Below are positions 53,972-63,074 of a stretch of 64,000 bases of DNA, one piece after another. The notes under the pieces are model-generated. The model searched no databases, was not told the origin of the DNA, and was given only the letters and a program-made list of their open reading frames with translations. Origin of the DNA: Bacteroidales bacterium (lineage in GTDB: Bacteria; Bacteroidota; Bacteroidia; Bacteroidales; UBA10428); NCBI GenBank assembly GCA_016935435.1, contig JAFGQZ010000053.1, positions 3,558 through 67,557 on the forward strand, in the 5' to 3' direction. Numbering within the stretch: the stretch's first letter is position 1; each line of letters opens with the position of its first letter. The translations under genes were made by a program, and so were the position numbers.

Positions 53972-55129
53972 TTATGCTGTGTTTATGCCTGGCAGCGTTG
54001 TAATACCAGAGTTTTGTTTATTTAGCAAGCAAAGTGTTTCTATATGGTGTGTGTTCGGAAAAAAATCGAACGGGCTTATTTGTTCAACAATATAACCAGC
54101 ATTTGTTAGTATTGCGAGATCTTTGGAGAGTGTTCCTGCACTACACGATAAATAGGCTATTTTTTGTGGTTTGTACACCTCAATTATCCATTTTAGCACT
54201 ATTTCGCCCATACCTTTGCGAGGCGGGTTTGCATACAAAAGGCGCCTTTTTGCCGAATAATTTTTGTTAATAGTGCAGGCCAGTTGTTTAACCCTTGTGT
54301 GGCATTGCCCCCTAAGAACCATTGCCCCGGGAACATTTATGCCGGCATGAACAACAGCTTCGCCACTGCTTTCGATGCCAATTGCACCAGCTCCCCTTTT
54401 CAGCCACCAATCGAGGCTGTGGCCAATACCGCAATATAAATCGATAACCAAATCGTTATTGCCGGGGGTTAGGTAATTAAATGCCATGTCCAGAGATTGT
54501 TGGTATAACACCGGAATAAGCTGGTGGAACGATGATGGCCCATATCGGAACCCTTTATAATCGTAAGAAAAAGCCCTGCCCCAAACGAGCTTCCAAGGAG
54601 TTTTCTCAAACAAACGATGTCCGGCCGAAGGGTTCAGGTGTATCCATAAAGCCTCGGCACCAAATTTCTCAAGTTTTGTTGCCAATTCTGCCGAAAACCA
54701 CGATATGTCGGGCATATTTTTGCTTTTCAGTACAAGACAGACTTGTTTTTCGGCTATGTGCAAATAAGCAAGAGGAAAATTTTTATTCGGTGGAAGAAAC
54801 TGGCTAAGGAGGCTGCAAATATTGTTAATAATTGTTTTATGTACCGGGCAACAGGGTATGGCAATAAACTCGTTGCGACGCCACATTCCAAAAGCCCAAT
54901 AGCTCCCGAAGTATTTTGCGCTTAGTGTTGCTTTGCCACGGTAGCCATAACGTTGGTTGAATCCGGCAGTTACAATATTTGTTATGGTGTTGCTCCAGGG
55001 GGCAAGCTTGCTTTGAAGCCAGGCCAGCTTTTTACCGACACTGCCTTCATTAGTTAGCAGCCGGTGATGGCAAGCGTTGCATCTGGCAACGCAACCTTCG
55101 GGCAACAATATTTCTGATTGGGTATCCAA
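53972..55129 (-). CDS. RumA/TrmA-family RNA (uracil-C5) methyltransferase-like protein
   Basis: 385 aa with a TTG start. N-terminal Cys cluster CVARCNACHH plus later Cys residues (Fe-S-like). SAM motif DLYCGIGHS, ANPPRKG, and catalytic YLSCSAGTLSKD. Confidence 0.7.
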   Translation of the reverse strand: MDTQSEILLPEGCVARCNACHHRLLTNEGSVGKKLAWLQSKLAPWSNTITNIVTAGFNQRYGYRGKATLSAKYFGSYWAFGMWRRNEFIAIPCCPVHKTIINNICSLLSQFLPPNKNFPLAYLHIAEKQVCLVLKSKNMPDISWFSAELATKLEKFGAEALWIHLNPSAGHRLFEKTPWKLVWGRAFSYDYKGFRYGPSSFHQLIPVLYQQSLDMAFNYLTPGNNDLVIDLYCGIGHSLDWWLKRGAGAIGIESSGEAVVHAGINVPGAMVLRGQCHTRVKQLACTINKNYSAKRRLLYANPPRKGMGEIVLKWIIEVYKPQKIAYLSCSAGTLSKDLAILTNAGYIVEQISPFDFFPNTHHIETLCLLNKQNSGITTLPGINTA

Positions 55130-55915
55130 TTAAAACCTTATTTTATAATTGCCCGGGGTGAGCATATCGCCCTTAAACACTATGCCCAACGAAAATAAAT
55201 CGACAGTAGTGCCAGCTTGTTTTTGAACAACTTTCCATGCTTTTTCCATATCGCGCGACCAATAAATGTCGTCGAAAATAATAAACCCTTTGGCAATATG
55301 TTTGTCGAAATATCGAAAATATTCCAAAGTGGCTGAATAGCTGTGGTTGCCATCGATATAAACAATGGCCGGGTTTTTAATAAGTTTATTTGCTTCCTGC
55401 AGAAACTGTTCAAACCTTTGGTGATAAAGAACAATATTATTGCATGAGGCCAATTCGATATTCTTCTCTGCCAGAATGGTTAAATTATTGCTTCCTTCAA
55501 CCGTGTGCAAAAGTGTGCCATCAGGCAGGGCTTTTGCCATGTACATAGCAGATATGCCCAGGGAAGTGCCCAATTCGATAATAACCTCCGGGTTATAAAA
55601 ACTTGCCATACGGTATAACAACTGCCCGGTTTTTTTGTCGCACCCCGAATAGCGGGCAATGTCGCAAACTTTGCGCCGGTTCGATTTAAAAATATCCGAA
55701 CCGGCCCCAAAATCGTCAATGTTTATTTCCTGCTTGTTGGTTTTTAGTAGTTCTACAATACCTTCAACTAGTTCAAAGGCAGGAAAATGGGTTTTATCTG
55801 CCAGCACTTTTGTGACAAATTCAAAAACTGCCGGAGAGTGAATACCGTGCCCTTTGTAATGCCCTGCAAAAAGAAAATGTATGGCACCCTTTATAACCTG
55901 GTTTAGTTTATCCAT
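55130..55915 (-). CDS. class I SAM-dependent (O-)methyltransferase, Methyltransf_24-like
   Basis: 261 aa. IIELGTSLGISAMYMA (motif I) and VYIDGNHSY are typical of the O-methyltransferase family 3 / Methyltransf_24. Confidence 0.7.
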   Translation of the reverse strand: MDKLNQVIKGAIHFLFAGHYKGHGIHSPAVFEFVTKVLADKTHFPAFELVEGIVELLKTNKQEINIDDFGAGSDIFKSNRRKVCDIARYSGCDKKTGQLLYRMASFYNPEVIIELGTSLGISAMYMAKALPDGTLLHTVEGSNNLTILAEKNIELASCNNIVLYHQRFEQFLQEANKLIKNPAIVYIDGNHSYSATLEYFRYFDKHIAKGFIIFDDIYWSRDMEKAWKVVQKQAGTTVDLFSLGIVFKGDMLTPGNYKIRF

Positions 55916-55924
55916 AACAATTCG

Positions 55925-58048
55925 CTAGACATCTTTCATGGTAAGCTGGATGCGTTTTCGCTGGCTATCGACTTCAAGCACTTTAACTTTCACATGCTGG
56001 TGAAGGTGCACCACCTCGTTCGGGTCGGATACAAAACGGTTGGCAAGTTGTGAAATATGCACCAGCCCGTCCTGCTTCACGCCTATATCTACAAAAGCTC
56101 CAAAGTTAGTAATGTTGGTAACAATGCCTGGCAAAACCATGCCCGGCTTCACATCGTCTATTTTATGGATGCCGTCGGCAAATTCGAATACCTTAATAGT
56201 GGTACGCGGGTCGCGCCCGGGCTTGGCTAGTTCGTTAAGAATATCGGTAAGGGTGGGTATGCCCACGTTTTTATCGACATATTTTGCAGGAACAATTTTT
56301 TTTCTGAGTTCGTTGCTTTTAATAAGTTCGGCTACCGACACTCCCAGATCGCCAGCCATTTTATCGACAATTTTATAGCTTTCGGGGTGCACAGCGCTGT
56401 TGTCGAGAGGGTTTTTTGCACTGCGAATGCGCAAAAAGCCGGCAGCCTGCTCGAAGGCTTTAGGTCCGAGCCGGGGAACGTTCTTTAAATCGGCCCTTGA
56501 GCCGAAAGGCCCGTTCTCTGTACGATAGTCAACAATATTTTGGGCCAGCTGCGGGCCAAGGCCCGAAACATAGGTGAGCAAATGTTTGCTGGCAGTGTTA
56601 AGTTCAACGCCAACGGCATTAACACAGCTTTCCACTATCTGGTCGAGCGATAATTTAAGTTTGTTTTGATCCACATCGTGTTGGTACTGGCCAACGCCAA
56701 TCGACTTTGGGTCGATTTTTACCAGTTCGGCCAGCGGATCCATTAAGCGGCGGCCAATTGAAACGGCACCCCTGACGGTAACATCGAATTCGGGAAACTC
56801 TTCGCGGGCAACTTTCGACGCCGAATATACCGAGGCGCCGGCTTCACTGACAACAAATACCTGTATGTCGCGATCGAACCTTATCGATTTTACAAACTGC
56901 TCGGTTTCGCGGCCAGCTGTTCCGTTTCCAATGGCTATGGCTTCAATTTTATACTGTTCCACAAGGGTCGATATTTTATTTTTTGCGGCGGCAGTTTCTT
57001 TTTGCGGCGGGTGCGGAAATATGGTGCTGTTATTTAGAAGGTTGCCCTGGTTGTCGAGGCAAACCACTTTGCAGCCCGTACGGTATCCCGGGTCGAGTGC
57101 CAGCACTCTTTTTCCGCCCAGGGGAGGCGACATGAGAAGCTGCCGGAGGTTTTTGCCAAAAACCGCTATGGCAACATCGTCGGCCTTTTCTTTTGAAACT
57201 GCCCTAAACTCGGTTTCTATCGATGGTTGCAGTAATCGCTTATAACTGTCGCTAACAGCTATACGTACCTGTTCGGAAACATCGAGGTAACCGTTTACAA
57301 AAATTTCTTCGAGTTTTTCAATAGCAGTAGCTTCGTCGGGTTCTATGCTAAGTTTCAGGAAGCCTTCGTCTTCGCCACGGAACATGGCCAGCAAACGGTG
57401 CGATGGGCTTTTCGATAAGGGCTCGGAAAACTCAAAATAGTCGGTGTATTTGGCAGCTTCTTCGTTTTTGCCTTTTGCCACTTTTGAAGAAATTAATGCT
57501 GAGTCGGCAAACAGTCGCCGCACCAGGTTACGTGCCCGGTTGTTTTCACATATCCATTCGGCAATAATATCGCGGGCGCCCTGTAAAGCTTCATCGGTTG
57601 TTTTAACCTCGTCGGTAATATATTGGGCTGCTTTTGCTTCGATATCATACTCCTGTTGTTTCATAATTATGGCAGCCAGAGGCTCAAGCCCTTTATCGCG
57701 GGCAATGGTAGCCCTTGTTTTTTTCTTGGGCCTAAAGGGCAAATAAATATCTTCAAGTTCTGTGGAGGTTGTTGCATTTTCTATTTTGAGTTTCAGTTCG
57801 GGCGTAAGCTTTCCCTGCTCCTCTATCGATTTAAGAATTGTTTCGCGCCGCTTGTCGAGTTCGGTAAGGCGCCTGAGTTCGTCGCGCACAAAGGTTACCT
57901 GTTCCTCGTCCATGCTTCCGGTCATTTCTTTGCGGTAGCGGCTTATGAACGGTATAGTGGCGCCATCATTTAGCAAATGTATTGTATTGGCCACGTTCTT
58001 TGCATCAAGTTGCAACACGCCCGAAATGATTTTTACATATTTATCCAT
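55925..58048 (-). CDS. tex: Tex-like transcription accessory protein with C-terminal S1 RNA-binding domain
   Basis: GATIPFISRYRKEMTG, a YqgF-like region, HhH motifs, and a C-terminal S1 domain GIVTNITNFGAFVDIGVKQDGLVHISQL. Start chosen at MDKYVKII (58048). The ORF-track start is 58078. Confidence 0.9.
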   Translation of the reverse strand: MDKYVKIISGVLQLDAKNVANTIHLLNDGATIPFISRYRKEMTGSMDEEQVTFVRDELRRLTELDKRRETILKSIEEQGKLTPELKLKIENATTSTELEDIYLPFRPKKKTRATIARDKGLEPLAAIIMKQQEYDIEAKAAQYITDEVKTTDEALQGARDIIAEWICENNRARNLVRRLFADSALISSKVAKGKNEEAAKYTDYFEFSEPLSKSPSHRLLAMFRGEDEGFLKLSIEPDEATAIEKLEEIFVNGYLDVSEQVRIAVSDSYKRLLQPSIETEFRAVSKEKADDVAIAVFGKNLRQLLMSPPLGGKRVLALDPGYRTGCKVVCLDNQGNLLNNSTIFPHPPQKETAAAKNKISTLVEQYKIEAIAIGNGTAGRETEQFVKSIRFDRDIQVFVVSEAGASVYSASKVAREEFPEFDVTVRGAVSIGRRLMDPLAELVKIDPKSIGVGQYQHDVDQNKLKLSLDQIVESCVNAVGVELNTASKHLLTYVSGLGPQLAQNIVDYRTENGPFGSRADLKNVPRLGPKAFEQAAGFLRIRSAKNPLDNSAVHPESYKIVDKMAGDLGVSVAELIKSNELRKKIVPAKYVDKNVGIPTLTDILNELAKPGRDPRTTIKVFEFADGIHKIDDVKPGMVLPGIVTNITNFGAFVDIGVKQDGLVHISQLANRFVSDPNEVVHLHQHVKVKVLEVDSQRKRIQLTMKDV

Positions 58049-58157
58049 AAAATGTTTTTTCGAAATTAAAAGTTCCAAAAGTAATAGAATTGAATATAAT
58101 TTTTTGATATGCGCAAAAAAAGGTTACTTTGTTATTTGTTTCCTAAACACAACCTTT

Positions 58158-59165
58158 ATGCAGCCAAAAGTTAGCATTGTTATGCCTTTTTGCGGCCGGG
58201 AAGGCTCATTTGCCCGTTCTGTTGATAGTATTTTGTCGCAGACATTTGAAAGCTTCGAGTTAATTATTGTCGATAGCAGCGCCGACGACAGCGGCTACGC
58301 CTTTTCTTCAAACTTTGCCATGCACGATAAAAGGATAAAAATTCTGGAAGTAAAAGGCAAAAGCCTTGCAGCCTGCCTAAATGCCGGAACAGAATATTCA
58401 ACTGCCCCTTTGGTTGCTTTTATGCACCCGCTCGATACATGTTCGCCTTACCGTATAGAAAAACAATTTAACTACTTAATGGCACATGCCGATATTGGGC
58501 TTGTTGCGTGTCAGGTGACAAATAGTGTTGAAATACATATTGCCGACGAACAGGAAAGAGTAAGCCAATTTTTAAATTGGACAAACCGAATTATTGCCCA
58601 CGACGATATATTGGTTAACCGATTTATAGAAACCCCTTTTATGTGGCCGACGGCCATGGTGCGTAAAGAACTGTTCCTGTCGATGGGAAATTTTATTGAT
58701 GGCGATTTTCCAGTTGATTTTGAACTCGTTTTACGCTGGCTGGATTCGGGGGTTAAAATGTATAAGATTCCCGAACCAATGTACAATTGGGCGTACACGC
58801 ACGATAGGTTTAACTATACTGGCGACCGCTTTTTCGAACAGGGTTTGTTTGAGTTAAAAAGCAGGTATTTGTTTGAATGGCTTGCCCGGAACAACCCGTT
58901 TCACCCCGAAGTAGCTGTTTGGGGAGCCGGTAAAAGTTCGAGGCAGAGGTTTTATATTCTACACGAACTGGGCATCAGTGCAAAATTCTTTATCGACCTG
59001 AGGGCAAACCCAGAGCATAAGGTTATTCAATATCAGCATATACCGCCGGCCGGGCGGCATTTCATTCTCTCCTATATATCTAACCGTGCCGCAAGGGAAA
59101 AAATCAGGGCTTTTTTGGTTGAACTTGGTTATACCGAAGGAAAAGATTTTATTTGTATTGCCTGA
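58158..59165 (+). CDS. glycosyltransferase family 2-like protein
   Basis: The ATG at 58158 gives MQPKVSIVMPFCGREGSFARSVDSILSQ..LIIVDSSADD. The 71-codon upstream extension in the ORF track is antisense to tex and was rejected. Confidence 0.75.
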   Translation: MQPKVSIVMPFCGREGSFARSVDSILSQTFESFELIIVDSSADDSGYAFSSNFAMHDKRIKILEVKGKSLAACLNAGTEYSTAPLVAFMHPLDTCSPYRIEKQFNYLMAHADIGLVACQVTNSVEIHIADEQERVSQFLNWTNRIIAHDDILVNRFIETPFMWPTAMVRKELFLSMGNFIDGDFPVDFELVLRWLDSGVKMYKIPEPMYNWAYTHDRFNYTGDRFFEQGLFELKSRYLFEWLARNNPFHPEVAVWGAGKSSRQRFYILHELGISAKFFIDLRANPEHKVIQYQHIPPAGRHFILSYISNRAAREKIRAFLVELGYTEGKDFICIA

Positions 59166-59219
59166 AAGTTGAACATTTTTTATTTGAAGACTGTTTAAAC
59201 ATCAAATTTTGAATGTATT

Positions 59220-59984
59220 ATGATTGTTATTTTATCGCCGGCAAAAACCCTCAATTTTAAAAACAACAGTTCTTATAAAACTTTTTCTTCGCCTGAATTT
59301 GTAAATGAGGCACAAAAACTTGTTGATGTGCTGAAAAATTTTTCCCCGGCAAACCTTATGGATTTGATGGATATTAGTGCCGGACTGGCAGAGCTTAACT
59401 ACATGCGTTTTCAGAAATGGAGCATGGGGCATACTGCCGAAAACTCAAAACAGGCAGTTTTTGCTTTTAATGGCGAGGTTTACAACGGTTTAAAGGCACA
59501 AACATTAACAGACAAACAACTCAATTTTGCACAGGCCCATCTTTGCTTGTTGTCGGGCATGTATGGCGCCCTGCGCCCGCTCGACCTGATACAGCCCTAC
59601 CGGCTCGAAATGGGTACACAGCTAAGTTTCGACAATTATAAAAACTTGTATGCTTTCTGGAACGGGAAAATTAATAATTACTTAAACATAAGGCTTGCCA
59701 GCGACAAATCGCACACTCTTGTAAACCTTGCCTCGGATGAGTACAGTAAGTCTGTGCAATTTAAAAAAATCGATGGCAAGATAATAACCCCTGTGTTTAA
59801 AGAACTTAGGGGCAACAACTATAAGGTTATTACAGTTTATGCAAAAAAGGCACGTGGCACTATGGCCAGGTTTATTATAGAAAACCAGGTTGAAAACCCC
59901 GATGACCTTAAATATTTTGATTTAGACGGTTATGGCTTTACCGAAAGCCTTTCCGATAGTTCGATTTGGGTATTTGCCCGCTGA
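59220..59984 (+). CDS. yaaA: peroxide stress protein YaaA (UPF0246)
   Basis: 254 aa. MIVILSPAKTLNF, GEVYNGL, YRLEMG, NLASDEY and AKKARG are YaaA hallmarks. Confidence 0.9.
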   Translation: MIVILSPAKTLNFKNNSSYKTFSSPEFVNEAQKLVDVLKNFSPANLMDLMDISAGLAELNYMRFQKWSMGHTAENSKQAVFAFNGEVYNGLKAQTLTDKQLNFAQAHLCLLSGMYGALRPLDLIQPYRLEMGTQLSFDNYKNLYAFWNGKINNYLNIRLASDKSHTLVNLASDEYSKSVQFKKIDGKIITPVFKELRGNNYKVITVYAKKARGTMARFIIENQVENPDDLKYFDLDGYGFTESLSDSSIWVFAR

Positions 59985-59999
59985 TGCAGAAAAAAAATG

Positions 60000-60033
60000 C
60001 AACAATTGCGGGTTGAATTAAATTGTTGTTTTT
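60000..60033 (+). terminator. candidate intrinsic terminator of yaaA
   Basis: 8-bp stem CAACAATT (60000-60007) / AATTGTTG (60021-60028) with a 13-nt loop. It is followed by TTTTT (60029-60033). Confidence 0.45.
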
Positions 60034-60073
60034 AATACACGGCAAAAGCAAAGTCCCATTCCGACAAAAGCTT

Positions 60074-61063
60074 TCACCATAAATGATGTACCAAATGTTT
60101 TATGGTGTTATTGTAAAGATTTCTTATACTTTTCATATCACTGTCAGACAGGCCGGGGATTTCAAGGGCCTTTAAATTAGCCAGTACCTGTTCGGGTTTC
60201 GATGCCCCCGGAATAACGCAACTTACCGCCGGGAACATTAAAGCCCAGCGCAAGGCAACATGGGCCAGGTCTTTTCCGGCGAACATTGCCTTAAGCCCCT
60301 CAACGGCTTTAAGGCCTGTGCTGTAATCAATTCCGGCGAAAGTTTCCCCTTTGTCGAATGCTTCCCCGTTACGGTTAAAATTACGGTGGTCGCCGGCAGA
60401 AAAAGTTGTTGAACTTGTGAACTTTCCGGTAAGCAGCCCGCTTGCCAATGGCACTCTTGCCAAAATTCCCACATTTCTTTTTTGAGCCTGCTCAAAGAAC
60501 AATTCGGACGGCCTTTGCCTGAACATATTAAAAATTATTTGAACAGTTGTAACATTCTCGAATTCTATTGCCTTGAGGCCTTCCTCAACCTTTTGAACGC
60601 TAACGCCCAGATGGGCAATTTTCCCCTCAGACTTAAGCTTATCGAAAAGTTCGAAAATCTCGGGCCGGTAATAAACCTCAGGTGGCGGGCAGTGCAGCTG
60701 TATAAGGTCGATATTTTCGAGGCCCATGTTCCGAAGGCTGTCTTCTACAAACCCGCGCAGGGCTTTTGGCGTATATGCTTCGTTTGAGTGCGGGTTAAGC
60801 TTTCTGCCGCATTTAGTGGCCACATAAATTTTTTCGCTTCGCTGTTTAATGAAATTCCCAATGGCTTTTTCGCTTTGTCCGGCAATTTCGCCATAAACAT
60901 CGGCTGTATCGAAAAAATTCACCCCCTTATCGGCAGCAAGGTTTAATATTCGTTCGGCGTTGGCGAAATCGAACCTTTCGCCCCATTTTCCGCCAACCTG
61001 CCAGGTGCCAAGGCTTATTTCCGAAACATTTATGCCGGTTTTTCCTAAAGTCCTGTAGTTCAT
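60074..61063 (-). CDS. aldo/keto reductase
   Basis: 329 aa. LGTWQVGG, FFDTADVYG, IYVATKCG, IDLIQLHCP and VIPGASKPEQV are AKR family motifs. Confidence 0.9.
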   Translation of the reverse strand: MNYRTLGKTGINVSEISLGTWQVGGKWGERFDFANAERILNLAADKGVNFFDTADVYGEIAGQSEKAIGNFIKQRSEKIYVATKCGRKLNPHSNEAYTPKALRGFVEDSLRNMGLENIDLIQLHCPPPEVYYRPEIFELFDKLKSEGKIAHLGVSVQKVEEGLKAIEFENVTTVQIIFNMFRQRPSELFFEQAQKRNVGILARVPLASGLLTGKFTSSTTFSAGDHRNFNRNGEAFDKGETFAGIDYSTGLKAVEGLKAMFAGKDLAHVALRWALMFPAVSCVIPGASKPEQVLANLKALEIPGLSDSDMKSIRNLYNNTIKHLVHHLW

Positions 61064-61079
61064 ATCTTAATGTTTATAA

Positions 61080-61802
61080 TTATATCCACCCTCTTAATTT
61101 ATAATATGCTATTGCACAAAACTCCCTGATAACGGTAATTTCGTATTTGAGATAGCTCCACATGTTGTACCGGATATTTAAAAACCTTTTTTCGGTTTTT
61201 TTGAACTTACCCTTAATTAGTTTGTTTTCATCAATAGAACTCTCGAAAGCAGGAGTCCCCCCAACATAACCAAACCCGGCTTTTCGGAATACCCTTATAG
61301 CCCTGAACATGTGTTCTGGCGATGTAACAATGCGCATCGATATTGTATCGGGGCGGTTGGTATTAAGCATGTCCATAATTTTGAGGGCCTGGCTTCGGGT
61401 GCTGTAACCTTGTTTTTCGAATGAAATCCGCGAGCTGTCGATTCCGCGCATAACCAGTTCCCTGGCCATAAGCAATTCGGGGGAGTAAATGCCGCATGCC
61501 GTATCGGGCGGAAACGATACAATAACATCCGATTCGGGGACTTCATGTGCAGCCCCGGCTGCAAACCAGGTACGCATTAAATCGTCGGGGCTTGGCATTC
61601 CAACCCCGCCAAGCATAACAATATAATGAGGTTTTTTGGTTAACCCGGCACCTTTTGTTCCAAGCCAATAATAGGCATACCAGGGAATATCGGTAAAACT
61701 TAGCACAATAGCAATAAGTGAAAACCAGCCTAGTAACCTCAGAAACAAGCCGAAAGCACGTTTAACCTGCTTAAGTATAGTGGATACAACAGGGTAATCC
61801 AT
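61080..61802 (-). CDS. DUF218 / YdcF (ElyC/SanA-like) family membrane-anchored protein
   Basis: 240 aa. N-terminal TM helix. HYIVMLGG and MRIVTSPEHMFRAIRVFRKAGF follow the typical DUF218 pattern. Confidence 0.75.
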   Translation of the reverse strand: MDYPVVSTILKQVKRAFGLFLRLLGWFSLIAIVLSFTDIPWYAYYWLGTKGAGLTKKPHYIVMLGGVGMPSPDDLMRTWFAAGAAHEVPESDVIVSFPPDTACGIYSPELLMARELVMRGIDSSRISFEKQGYSTRSQALKIMDMLNTNRPDTISMRIVTSPEHMFRAIRVFRKAGFGYVGGTPAFESSIDENKLIKGKFKKTEKRFLNIRYNMWSYLKYEITVIREFCAIAYYKLRGWI

Positions 61803-62123
61803 AGTTTCGATGGAGTAGTTTAGTTAAGTGCAAAATACAAAAAAAGAAAGAAAATAATTTTTTTCCTTAACCAATTCTTTCCAAATATTAAAGTACTCTA
61901 AACACAAATCTCTAGAACACATTGTATCGACTTTATAATTATCAAGGTAATCATAATCGTTTGGTTGATTACAGGTTGTACTCCGAATTTGCTTGTCAGT
62001 TTTACAAGATTAAGAAACGAAAATAAAAACAATAAAAATCAATATTATGTAAGGGGCACAAACGCCCAAAACCTACTCTGCGACCCGCATGGCCGGTGTT
62101 GTTTGTTGTGGCCAGTACATCTT

Positions 62124-62699
62124 TTATAGAGTTTGTATCCCTATATTTCCTGACAAAATCCATTTATTATCTACGAATTTATAGTAATTAATTACATCCA
62201 TTCTATAAAAAGGTTTGGAGACCCCATAACTTATAATTGCTTTGGTACTATCTATGCTAAAACCTACTCGTGATATTGTAAATAGTCCTTGGGCTTCTGG
62301 ATATTTTTTAAAAAATTCATCCCAAGTATAATTAAAATCAGGATTATCAATGAGGTAATCCCTTTCAGTTATTGAAATTAGTTTAATATTTGTCTCTCTA
62401 AACATTGCTGAATCTAAATTGTAGCTCATTTTATTATTCTCAACAAATCGTAGATATGCAATACTATCTAAATCATGAATCTCTTGAATGATTGCAGAAA
62501 ATGACATTGGCCAAAAGTTTGTCGCTTGTTGTAAAGTAATATTATCAAAGGATTCACAAATCAAATCGTACTCTAATTGATTTATTGTATCAGGATTCTC
62601 AAGTGGAAAAACTTTTTCATTGTTCGGATTTTGAGTATCATTTTCCTCGCAACTAATCATTACAATCAATAAAAATCCAACTATAATTATCTTATCCAT
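62124..62699 (-). CDS. orphan lipoprotein of unknown function, AT-rich gene
   Basis: The ATG at 62699 gives MDKIIIVGFLLIVMISCEEN, a lipoprotein signal with lipobox Cys. The ORF-track start is 62756. No motif recognised. Local G+C is visibly lower than in the flanks. Confidence 0.5.
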   Translation of the reverse strand: MDKIIIVGFLLIVMISCEENDTQNPNNEKVFPLENPDTINQLEYDLICESFDNITLQQATNFWPMSFSAIIQEIHDLDSIAYLRFVENNKMSYNLDSAMFRETNIKLISITERDYLIDNPDFNYTWDEFFKKYPEAQGLFTISRVGFSIDSTKAIISYGVSKPFYRMDVINYYKFVDNKWILSGNIGIQTL

Positions 62700-63074
62700 G
62701 CTTAATTTTCTATCAAGATGATTTAAATACATTTTTCGTTGTGTCACGCTTGTCATTTTTTTTAAATCGGGTTACATTTTCTCAAAGTTGCAGAGGCTTT
62801 TTAGTATTGCTACAACGGCTTGCGTGATAGAGTTGTGGCGGTTTGGCGGAGAGCTTGCCTAATAGTGTACACCAACTTAATGGTCAAGGGAAAACGCCAA
62901 AATACCTGAAGCTCCCGCCAATGCCTAAACGCGCTATTAGGCAAAGTATTTTATATATTTATCTTATTTTCAAAATATTTAATCACTTTGTCAGGTTTCT
63001 CCCCGACCACCAATTCCGCATTATCGTAGGTTTGATTGCCAAAAACTTAATTAAATATTGTTTCTTCTAACACA

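Noticed and set aside
57945-58157. N-terminal extensions given by the ORF track for several genes. They are 57945-58157 for the GT2-like gene, 49877-49963 for the exonuclease, 42706-42795 for the OstA-like gene, 18208-18273 for a GT2, 10531-10605 for FkbM, and 62700-62756 for the lipoprotein.
   Set aside because: The extensions overlap the neighbouring gene. Internal ATGs give canonical family N-termini or signal peptides and remove or minimise the overlaps.
62845-62944. An 11-bp inverted repeat, TTGCCTAATAG (62855-62865) / CTATTAGGCAA (62934-62944). A second near-complementary pair is GGCGGAGAGCTT (62845-62856) / AAGCTCCCGCC (62909-62919). The arrangement is pseudoknot-like, so I considered a riboswitch/attenuator or a MITE.
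   Set aside because: An 11-bp inverted repeat within about 100 nt is expected roughly once by chance in 64 kb. I saw no target-site duplication, no known riboswitch core, and no way to test covariation here. It could be revisited with homologous sequences.
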